A DNA stretch of 46,832 bases from assembly GCA_903928565.1 (NCBI GenBank), contig CAIYRH010000009.1:1-46832 (forward strand), given 5' to 3'. How positions within the stretch are numbered: the first letter of the stretch is position 1; each line of letters opens with the position of its first letter. Shown one piece after another: positions 27,200 to 34,916 of the stretch. The notes beneath the pieces were generated by a model that was given only the letters and a program-made list of their open reading frames with translations, was not told where the DNA came from and did not search any database. The DNA comes from Candidatus Staskawiczbacteria bacterium. Its GTDB lineage: Bacteria; Patescibacteriota; Minisyncoccia; Minisyncoccales; Staskawiczbacteraceae. Made by a program: the position numbers and the translations under genes.

Positions 27200-28516
27200 A
27201 TGGAAGGATTTAAATTTATTGCAAAAGAAAAGTTAAGCAACCTCCCCACAACTAGTGGAGTTTATTGTTTTAAGGAAAATTCTAGCACCATTTATATCGG
27301 CAAGGCTATAAACATCAAAAGCAGGGTTAAAAACCACTTCCAGCAACCAAGCTACAGAGACAATTTGTTTATGGACAAGGTAAATAAAATTGGCTACTTA
27401 GAAACCAACTCCGAAATTGAAGCCTTAATTTTAGAAGCTAATTTAATTAAAAAACACCAACCCAAATTTAATGTGGTCTGGAAAGATGACAAAAATTATT
27501 TTTACGTAGCAATTGTTCAAAATAAAGATAAAATCCCCTATGTTTATATTACTCACCAACTACTCACTACCAACTACAAACTACCAACTAAATATATTGG
27601 GCCTTTTGTTGAGGGCACGGCTTTGAAAAAGACTTTAAAATTTCTAAGGCGGGCGTTTCCCTATTACACTTCGGCGAGGCATCCAAAAACCAAATGCACT
27701 TGGTGCCACTTAGGTTTATGTCCCGGTCCTGAATTATTTGAAAACCCTTCGACTTCGCTCAGGGCGTCGAGCAAGCTCTCCGAATACAAAAAGAATATCA
27801 AAAAATTAATCTTAATTCTTGAAGGAAAACGAAACATGGCTTTAAATTTGCTTAAGCGTGAAATGGCACAACTGGCAAAAGCAAACAAATTTGAAGAGGC
27901 CGGCAAAGTCCGTGACAGAATTTTTAATTTACAACAAATAATGTCCCACAAAGGAGTAATCAGTGACGAAAAAAACATGTCCGCGTTTTTCGCGGCCGCG
28001 AAAAACGCGGACAACTCCCCTCTGACCGAAATTCGGAATGCTCGCAGGGTTGAATGTTACGACATTTCCAACATACAGGGAAAATTTGCAACCGGCTCCA
28101 TGGTTGTTTTTGTTAACGGCTCAGCTGACAAAAGCCAATACAAAAAATTCAAAATAAAAATGAAAAACGAACCCAATGACATTGCCATGTTAAAAGAGGT
28201 TTTAACAAGAAGGTTTAACCACCCCGAATGGACTTACCCCCAAGTAATTCTAATAGACGGCGGGAAAGCCCAACTCAACATTGCCATAAGAGTTAAAAAT
28301 GAACTACAAACTACCAACTACAAACTACAAACTATTAAAATTATTTCAATTGCAAAGGGCAGGCAAGAATTATTTATTGAAGGCGAAGCCAAACCAATTC
28401 CGCTAAAATTGCTTCCTCGCGAAATTTACAACTTGGTTTTACAGCTAGACGCCGAGGCCCACCGCTTTGCCATTACCTATCACAAAAAACTGCGCAAAAA
28501 ATCTTTACTGCAATAA
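27200..28516 (+). CDS. uvrC: UvrC-family excinuclease (GIY-YIG + UVR + RNase H-like, no HhH2)
   Basis: GVYCF..YIGKA, EALILEANLIK, ECYDISN, LIDGGKAQL, ends at EAHRFAITYHKKLR. Confidence 0.9.
   Translation: MEGFKFIAKEKLSNLPTTSGVYCFKENSSTIYIGKAINIKSRVKNHFQQPSYRDNLFMDKVNKIGYLETNSEIEALILEANLIKKHQPKFNVVWKDDKNYFYVAIVQNKDKIPYVYITHQLLTTNYKLPTKYIGPFVEGTALKKTLKFLRRAFPYYTSARHPKTKCTWCHLGLCPGPELFENPSTSLRASSKLSEYKKNIKKLILILEGKRNMALNLLKREMAQLAKANKFEEAGKVRDRIFNLQQIMSHKGVISDEKNMSAFFAAAKNADNSPLTEIRNARRVECYDISNIQGKFATGSMVVFVNGSADKSQYKKFKIKMKNEPNDIAMLKEVLTRRFNHPEWTYPQVILIDGGKAQLNIAIRVKNELQTTNYKLQTIKIISIAKGRQELFIEGEAKPIPLKLLPREIYNLVLQLDAEAHRFAITYHKKLRKKSLLQ
27559..27590 (+). repeat. ACTAC(AA/CA/TC) heptamer array in-frame in uvrC
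   Basis: ACTACTC ACTACCA ACTACAA ACTACCA ACTA, encoding LLTTNYKLPT. Confidence 0.8.
27745..27764 (+). repeat. In-frame CCCTTCGACTTCGCTCAGGG repeat inside uvrC
   Basis: Encodes PSTSLRA. Confidence 0.8.
27978..28013. repeat. Perfect 36-bp palindrome in-frame in uvrC
   Basis: TGTCCGCGTTTTTCGCGG|CCGCGAAAAACGCGGACA. Both strands read MSAFFAAAKNAD. Confidence 0.9.
28303..28334 (+). repeat. Second heptamer array in-frame in uvrC
   Basis: ACTACAA ACTACCA ACTACAA ACTACAA ACTA, encoding LQTTNYKLQT. Confidence 0.8.
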
Positions 28517-28574
28517 TTATTGATATTTACCAGTATTTGTGTTAACATACTTGAAAGTAAACTTAATTCAAAAA

Positions 28575-28793
28575 ATGAACCAAATTTTATTCTACGCACA
28601 AATTATAACCTCAATAGCATTAATCATACTTATTGTAATTCAGCAACGAGGCGCAGCCCTGGGTGCAGGCTTTGGTGGCGGTGGCGAAATTTATTCCACC
28701 AAGCGTGGAGCACAAAAAAAGATTTACTACGCAACAGTCGCCGTAGTGACCATTTTCCTTGTTTTAGGCGTATTAAATATATTAATACCTTAG
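28575..28793 (+). CDS. secG: Preprotein translocase subunit SecG
   Basis: LIVIQQRGAALGAGFGGG, TKRGAQK, two TM segments. Start at ATG 28575. Confidence 0.9.
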   Translation: MNQILFYAQIITSIALIILIVIQQRGAALGAGFGGGGEIYSTKRGAQKKIYYATVAVVTIFLVLGVLNILIP

Positions 28794-28809
28794 TCTTATA
28801 AATAACGTA

Positions 28810-30807
28810 ATGGCAAAGTTTCCGAAACTTTCTCAGTGGAAACAACTTTTTAAAGTATTAAAAAAACCTGAAAAACTCACTTTTTTGGTTTTGGTTGTTA
28901 TCGCTATCTTATCTGGCGCATACCTTGCGACTAATTTTTATGTTAATAACACAAAGGTTGTTGCCTCATATGGTGGCACATATATAGAAGGAATAGTGGG
29001 CCAACCAAGGTTTATAAACCCAATTTATGGAGAAACCAACGACGTTGATCGCACTTTAATAGATTTGGTTTATTCGGGCTTAATGACTTATGACAAAGAC
29101 GGAAAAATAGTTAATGACTTGGTTAAAAACTATCAAGTTTCGGACAACGGCAAAATTTACACCTTTCAACTAAAAGACAAACTTTTCTGGCAAGACGGCG
29201 TGCCCCTAACAGTTGACGACGTTATTTACACCATAAAAACAATTCAAAACTCCGACTACAAAAGTCCCCTAAGAGCAAACTGGCTAAATGTAGATGCAGA
29301 AAAGAAAACCAACAATACTTTAGTTTTAACGCTGGGCACTTCCTACAATTCATTTTTAGAAAACTGCACACTTAAAATACTTCCTCAACATATTTGGGGT
29401 AATGTTTTACCAGAAAATTTTGCACTTTCCCCTTACAACCTACAACCGGTTGGTTCGGGGCCATACACTCTTGCCGATTTGCAAGAAAACAGCGACGGCT
29501 TCATAAAAGCGGTAAATCTGGCTTCCAATCACAAATATTATGGCAAGCTTCCTTACATTTCAAACATAGATTTTAAATTTTTTAGCAACAAAGACGAGCT
29601 CATTTCTTCCGCAAACCAAAAATTAATTGACGGCTTTTCCGTTTCAGACATTGACAACAATGAAGCTTTAGCAGAAAAAAATATTAGCCAAGGCTGGAAT
29701 TCCAATGAAAAATTTACAATTTATTCGTTGTCACTGCCAAGGTATTTTGCAGTGTTTTTCAACAATTCTTCTTCAAATGTTTTATCAGACAACAACATAA
29801 CAAAAGCTCTTAATTATTCTGTAAATAAACCAGAACTTGTCCAAAACATTGAAAATACATTTAAGGGGAAAGTTTCTGCAGTTGACTCCCCCATTTTACC
29901 AGATTATTTTGGCTACCCTTCGCCAACAATTTTATACTCTTACAACCCAGACGCGGCAAATAAACTTTTAGACAAATCTGGCTACAAAGATTTAGGAACC
30001 GGCCAGCGCACAAAAGCAAATAATAAAAAACCGGCTTTTCAATTTAAAAATTACCTATCAAAAAATTCTAAAGGCAACGAAGTTATCGAATTGCAAGGTT
30101 GTTTGTCCAGGCTAGACGATACTTTCAAAAATCTTTTACAAAAAGAAGTCAGTGGAAAATATGGACAAGGAACCATTGACGCGGTAGTTGCTTTTCAAAA
30201 AAAATACTTGCCGGGCGTTGCAACAACAGGCGAAGTTGGTACCGGCACCAGGCAAGCTCTAAATAAATTGTGCTTTGTGCAACAAAGTAATTCTTTGCCG
30301 TTGCAATTTACCTTAACAACAATAAACCAACCACAAATGGTTTATGTGGCAAACCTTTTAAAAGATTATTGGCAAAAAGTTGGAGTTACCGTAACAATAA
30401 GAGCAATGGAACTTTCGGAATTAAAAGATGTTATTAAAAACAGAGATTACGACGCCCTTCTTTACGGCGAAGCCTTTGGAAGTTTACCAGATTTATATCC
30501 ATTCTGGGATTCAACGCAAATAAATGACCCGGGGTTAAATTTATCTGAATATCAAAATAAAATTGCCGACCAACTCTTAGTAGATGCCCGCCAGGCCACA
30601 GACACGCAAGTTAAAGCTCAAAAATATAAAAGCTTGCAAGACACAATACTATCAAGCGCTCCTGCCCTATTTTTGTACAACCCCGCCTACCATTATTGGG
30701 TTTCTGGAAAAGTGAAAGGAATAGAAACTGTAAAAATTGCTGATCCGGCAAAAAGATTTGAGAATATTCAAAATTGGTATATTAACACACATAGAACATG
30801 GAAATAA
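28810..30807 (+). CDS. Family-5 (peptide/nickel) ABC substrate-binding protein with an inserted peptidoglycan-binding-like domain
   Basis: PRFINPIY, LVYSGL, YTFQLK..LFWQDG.PLTVDDV.YT, PVGSGPY, plus an insert GNEV.ELQ...G.YG.GT..AV.AFQ...TG.VG..TR..LN. Confidence 0.9.
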   Translation: MAKFPKLSQWKQLFKVLKKPEKLTFLVLVVIAILSGAYLATNFYVNNTKVVASYGGTYIEGIVGQPRFINPIYGETNDVDRTLIDLVYSGLMTYDKDGKIVNDLVKNYQVSDNGKIYTFQLKDKLFWQDGVPLTVDDVIYTIKTIQNSDYKSPLRANWLNVDAEKKTNNTLVLTLGTSYNSFLENCTLKILPQHIWGNVLPENFALSPYNLQPVGSGPYTLADLQENSDGFIKAVNLASNHKYYGKLPYISNIDFKFFSNKDELISSANQKLIDGFSVSDIDNNEALAEKNISQGWNSNEKFTIYSLSLPRYFAVFFNNSSSNVLSDNNITKALNYSVNKPELVQNIENTFKGKVSAVDSPILPDYFGYPSPTILYSYNPDAANKLLDKSGYKDLGTGQRTKANNKKPAFQFKNYLSKNSKGNEVIELQGCLSRLDDTFKNLLQKEVSGKYGQGTIDAVVAFQKKYLPGVATTGEVGTGTRQALNKLCFVQQSNSLPLQFTLTTINQPQMVYVANLLKDYWQKVGVTVTIRAMELSELKDVIKNRDYDALLYGEAFGSLPDLYPFWDSTQINDPGLNLSEYQNKIADQLLVDARQATDTQVKAQKYKSLQDTILSSAPALFLYNPAYHYWVSGKVKGIETVKIADPAKRFENIQNWYINTHRTWK

Positions 30808-31796
30808 AAAACATAGACAAGTCAAACATGCGGGAAGTTATTACTAAGTCGCCCGAACAACTAACAAATGGGCTGGACTTGGCAAAAAATATAAAAATAG
30901 AAGGCGTTTTTAAAAATGTTATTGTTTGCGGAGTTGGAGGTTCTGCGTTGCCAGCCAACATTTTAAATTCGGTTGTAGTTACAAAAATTCCATTACTGGT
31001 TCACAGAGATTACAACCTACCTGCTTCTGCAAATGAAGACAGCTTAGTTGTGTGCATTTCTTATTCAGGAAACACAGAAGAAACTGTTTCTGCTTTAGAA
31101 AAAGCCATTCATAAAAATATTACTGCTGTGGCAATTGCAACAGGCGGAAAAATTGAAAAAATATGCGAAGAACACAATGTGGCCTTAACCAAAATTCCTG
31201 CCGGAATTCAACCACGCTCAGCTACAGGGTATTTGTTTTCTGCCTTGGCAACAATTTTAACAAATTGTGGAATAATTGATGATATTTCCGAAGACATATT
31301 AAACACTGCAAGAGAACTAGAAAAAAGAAATCCAGCCCTAGAAAAAGAAGGAAAAGCTTTAGCTAAAAAAATAGCTAAAAAAATTCCCATCGTTTATGCT
31401 TCAAACAATTTTAAAGCCGCAGCCAGAATTTGGAAAATAAAATTTAATGAGAATTCAAAAATTCCGGCATTTCACAATTATTTTCCAGAATTAAATCACA
31501 ATGAAATGGTGGGCTTTACCAACAGCAAAAACGTTAGCGGATTTTATGTTTTAATAATTAAAGACGCGCAAGACCACCCGAGAACTCTTAAAAGAATGGA
31601 CTTAATGTCTTCAATTTTAAAGAAAAAGGGTGTAAAAAACAGTTTCATTGAAACTGTTGAAGGTTCTATGGCTTTAAAACTATTTGAAGTTTTGCTATTA
31701 GGTGACTGGACTTCTTATTACATTGCCATAAACAACAAAATAGACCCAACTCCAGTTGAAATGGTAGAAGAGTTCAAAATGATGCTAAATAAGTAA
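30798..31796 (+). CDS. Bifunctional phosphoglucose/phosphomannose isomerase
   Basis: GVGGSA, ISYSGNTEET, QPRSA, WKIKFNENSK, FPELNHNE. Confidence 0.92.
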   Translation: MEIKNIDKSNMREVITKSPEQLTNGLDLAKNIKIEGVFKNVIVCGVGGSALPANILNSVVVTKIPLLVHRDYNLPASANEDSLVVCISYSGNTEETVSALEKAIHKNITAVAIATGGKIEKICEEHNVALTKIPAGIQPRSATGYLFSALATILTNCGIIDDISEDILNTARELEKRNPALEKEGKALAKKIAKKIPIVYASNNFKAAARIWKIKFNENSKIPAFHNYFPELNHNEMVGFTNSKNVSGFYVLIIKDAQDHPRTLKRMDLMSSILKKKGVKNSFIETVEGSMALKLFEVLLLGDWTSYYIAINNKIDPTPVEMVEEFKMMLNK

Positions 31797-31800
31797 GCCA

Positions 31801-31884
31801 GCGGACGTGGCGAAATTGGCAGACGCACAGGCTTCAGGAGCCTGCGGGAGCAATCTCATGAGGGTTCAACTCCCTCCGTCCGCA
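31801..31884 (+). tRNA. trnL: tRNA-Leu (CAG), CCA not encoded
   Basis: GCGGACG/CGTCCGC acceptor, CAGGC-TTCAGGA-GCCTG anticodon arm, long variable arm. Confidence 0.96.
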
Positions 31885-31910
31885 CAGAAAATAAAATTAA
31901 ATAAATAAAT

Positions 31911-33716
31911 ATGATAACACAAAGACGTCCGGCCTCTGCCGGCAAATCGCCAATTGGCTCACAAAAGCCTTGGCACGACACCAATCCTGCGCCCACGAAA
32001 CCGTGGCGTGCCGCCCCAGAGGGCGAGCCTCGCCCAGTTTGGCGGGGAGATAACAGTTTAAAAATAATTCCTCTTGGAGGATGCGAAGAAGTTGGCCGAA
32101 ACATGACCTGTTTTGAATATGGACAAGACATTGTTTTGCTAGACATGGGCTTACAATTTCCCGAAGAAGACATGCCGGGCATAGATTACGTAATTCCAAA
32201 CGTGGAATATTTAAAAGGAAAAGAAAAAAACATTCGCGCAGTTGTATTTTCACACGGCCACTTAGACCACATTGGAGCTGCCGCAGTATTATTACCAAAA
32301 CTTGGCAACCCCCAAATAATTGGCAGACCGCTTACTTTAGAAATGGTAAAACACCGCGTTGAAGACTTGCAAAGAGGAGCCTCAAAAAAATTACGAACAA
32401 CTTACATAAAAGACATAAAAGAAAAAATAAGCTTAGGTTCTTTTAATTTAAGCTTTTTTGCTATAGACCACAGCATTATGGATGCCGTTGGAGTAGTTTT
32501 AGAAACACCAGTTGCCACGGTAATACATCCCGGTGATTGGACATTAGAAAAAAATCCTGTTGGCAGAGCGGCTTTAAGCTACACTCACCTTGCAAACCTT
32601 AAAAGACCTACAATTTTAATGTTAGAAAGTTTGGGTTCTACAGATTCGGGAGACAAAGTTACCGAAGAAGAAATGTTAAAAAACTTGTACATGCTAATGG
32701 AAAAAGCTCCAGGCCGTACAATTATTGCAACATTTTCTTCACAAATAGAAAGAATACGACAAATTTTAGAGTTTGCTGCCAAAACCAACAGAAAAGTTGC
32801 TTTAGACGGTTTTTCAATGAAATTAAACGTTGAGCTTGCAACAAAATTGGGCTATATAAAGATTCCAAAAGGAACAATAATTACAACAGATAAGGCCCAC
32901 ACTTACCCCGACAATAAGGTTGTAATTGTTTGCACAGGAGCTCAAGGCGAAGAAATGGCGGCACTTTCCAGAATTGTTGCCGGCAACCACCGCTTTATTA
33001 AAATTAAGAAAGAAGACACAGTTATTTTCTCGTCTTCTGTAATTCCAGGCAACGAACGCACAGTTCAACGCGTAAAAGATAATCTTTACCGCCAGTCCGA
33101 CCACGTTTATCATTCGGGAATTATTGATGTGCACATGTCTGGACACGGCAATATTGCGGGCATAAAACAATTACTAAATGAAATTAGTCCAGATTATTTT
33201 ATTCCTGTTTATGGCAATCACTACATGTTAAAAGAAGCTTCAAAAATTGCACAAGGAATGGGTTTTAGAAAAGATAGAATTTTTGTTCCAGACAACGGTT
33301 CAATTATTAAGTTCACTCAAGGCAACGCTGAAGTTTTGAAAGAAAAAGCTCCTGTAAATTATGTTTTTGTTGACGGCCTGGGCGTTGGTGATGTTGGAGA
33401 AATAGTTTTACGCGACCGCCAAATGTTGGCAGAAGACGGAATGTTTGTTATTGTTACTGTAATAGATAAAAGAACTGGCCAAGTACGTGGCAGCCCAGAC
33501 ATTATTTCGCGTGGATTCATTTATTTGCGCGAATCAAAAGACTTATTAGCGCAAACTCGTAAAAAAGTTATTGAAATTGTAGATAAATCGGCCGGCCACG
33601 GTGGCGCCATTAATTGGACTTATGTTAAAGATGAAATCCGCAACAAAGTCGGCGACTTCCTAGCCACCAAAACCTCCCGCCGCCCCATGATTTTACCAGT
33701 AGTTATAGAAGTATAA
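31911..33716 (+). CDS. rnj: Ribonuclease J
   Basis: IIPLGGCEEVGRNM, SHGHLDHIG, TGAQGEEMAAL, HMSGHG, DGLGVGDVGEIVLRDR. Confidence 0.96.
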   Translation: MITQRRPASAGKSPIGSQKPWHDTNPAPTKPWRAAPEGEPRPVWRGDNSLKIIPLGGCEEVGRNMTCFEYGQDIVLLDMGLQFPEEDMPGIDYVIPNVEYLKGKEKNIRAVVFSHGHLDHIGAAAVLLPKLGNPQIIGRPLTLEMVKHRVEDLQRGASKKLRTTYIKDIKEKISLGSFNLSFFAIDHSIMDAVGVVLETPVATVIHPGDWTLEKNPVGRAALSYTHLANLKRPTILMLESLGSTDSGDKVTEEEMLKNLYMLMEKAPGRTIIATFSSQIERIRQILEFAAKTNRKVALDGFSMKLNVELATKLGYIKIPKGTIITTDKAHTYPDNKVVIVCTGAQGEEMAALSRIVAGNHRFIKIKKEDTVIFSSSVIPGNERTVQRVKDNLYRQSDHVYHSGIIDVHMSGHGNIAGIKQLLNEISPDYFIPVYGNHYMLKEASKIAQGMGFRKDRIFVPDNGSIIKFTQGNAEVLKEKAPVNYVFVDGLGVGDVGEIVLRDRQMLAEDGMFVIVTVIDKRTGQVRGSPDIISRGFIYLRESKDLLAQTRKKVIEIVDKSAGHGGAINWTYVKDEIRNKVGDFLATKTSRRPMILPVVIEV

Positions 33717-33755
33717 TTTAAATAAAAAGCGCGGCAATAAACTATTGTAGCGAGG

Positions 33756-33823
33756 CAAATAAATTTTTGGAGGAGGGGCAATCGCCTTTAGGACATTCCC
33801 CCGACGAGCAAAAATTTGATTTG
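33756..33823. repeat. Long imperfect hairpin upstream of trpS
   Basis: CAAATAAATTTTTG pairs with CAAAAATTTGATTTG. Inner GGGG/CCCC. Flanked by GCGAG motifs. Confidence 0.55.
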
Positions 33824-33862
33824 GCGAGCGAAGATAAAAGTTTGCTGGCGAGCGCAAACAAT

Positions 33863-34840
33863 ATGAGAATATTTTCGGGAATAAGGCCAACCGGAGGCCT
33901 ACACATAGGAAATTATTTAGGAGCCATAAAGCAATGGATTGCTTTGCAAGAAACCAACGAATGCATTTTTTGCATTGTTGATTTGCATGCAATTACAACG
34001 CCATACGACCCCAAAGAACTCCAAAAAAATATTTTAGAAGCCACCGCAATTTATTTGGCGGCTGGCATAGACCCCGAAAAATCTGTAATTTTTGTGCAGT
34101 CCGAAGTTAAAGAACACGCCGAATTAGCTTGGCTTTTAGAAACCATTACCCCCATGGGCGAACTTTCTCGCATGACCCAATTTAAAGAAAAATCTAAGCA
34201 ATTTAAAGATTACGTAAACGCGGGATTATTTAATTACCCGGTTTTAATGGCCGGCGACATTCTTTTGTACCGCGCAAAAGCCGTGCCGGTTGGCAAAGAC
34301 CAAGAACAACATGTTGAATTGGCCCGCACAATTGCCAGAAAATTTAACCAAAAATTTGGGCAAATTTTCCCCGAACCAGAAACTATTTTACCAAAAACCG
34401 GCGCCAAAATAATGAGCTTAACCGACCCTAAGAAAAAAATGTCAAAAACCGACGACCCAAAAAGTTGTATTTCACTTTTTGACTCGCCAGAAGCCATTAC
34501 TAAAAAAATAATGAGTGCCGCCACAGATTCCGGTAAAGATGTAATTTATAACGTTACCAAAAAACCTGGCATTTCTAACCTTTTAACTATTTACCATGTG
34601 CTTACCGACATGCCAATTCCCGAAATTGAAAAACAATTTAAGGGCAAAGGTTATGGAGACTTTAAAAAATCGTTAGCAAAAGTTGTTGTTGACTACTTAG
34701 AACCATTTCGCAGAAAACAAAAAGAATTACAAACTAGAGACGTTTATGTAAAAGACATTTTGGCAAAAGGCGCCGCTCGCGCCCGAATTATTGCCGAAAC
34801 CACAATGGCCGAAGTCCGCTCCAAAATGGGACTAACTTAG
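33863..34840 (+). CDS. trpS: Tryptophanyl-tRNA synthetase
   Basis: SGIRPTGGLHIGNY, YPVLMAGDI, VPVGKDQEQH, KKMSKT. Start at MRIFSG. Confidence 0.96.
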   Translation: MRIFSGIRPTGGLHIGNYLGAIKQWIALQETNECIFCIVDLHAITTPYDPKELQKNILEATAIYLAAGIDPEKSVIFVQSEVKEHAELAWLLETITPMGELSRMTQFKEKSKQFKDYVNAGLFNYPVLMAGDILLYRAKAVPVGKDQEQHVELARTIARKFNQKFGQIFPEPETILPKTGAKIMSLTDPKKKMSKTDDPKSCISLFDSPEAITKKIMSAATDSGKDVIYNVTKKPGISNLLTIYHVLTDMPIPEIEKQFKGKGYGDFKKSLAKVVVDYLEPFRRKQKELQTRDVYVKDILAKGAARARIIAETTMAEVRSKMGLT

Positions 34841-34870
34841 TTTGTAGTTTGTAGTGAGTAGTTTGTAGTA
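34838..34870 (+). repeat. TAGT(TTG/GAG) heptamer array starting at the trpS stop
   Basis: TAGTTTG TAGTTTG TAGTGAG TAGTTTG TAGTA. Confidence 0.85.
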
Positions 34871-34873
34871 ACT

Positions 34874-34913
34874 AAAAACACTCCTGTGCTCAGGTGCATA
34901 GGAGTGTTTTTTT
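34874..34913. terminator. Bidirectional terminator between trpS and the phosphomannomutase gene
   Basis: AAAAACACTCCTGTGC-TCAGGT-GCATAGGAGTGTTTTT. Confidence 0.8.
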
Positions 34914-34916
34914 AGG

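Noticed and set aside
27664-28014. Antisense ORF sharing MSAFFAAAKNAD with UvrC
   Set aside because: The shared peptide results from the perfect palindrome, and the ORF is a shadow of uvrC.
31929-31942. CCGGC-CTCT-GCCGG hairpin in the RNase J N-terminus as another in-frame repeat
   Set aside because: It has only a 5-bp stem and no second copy in the window, so it could be chance.
33717-33862. T-box riboswitch, or an N-terminal extension of TrpS from 33767
   Set aside because: There is no T-box consensus or terminator. The 32 extra codons are translated hairpin DNA, and the family start is MRIFSG at 33863.
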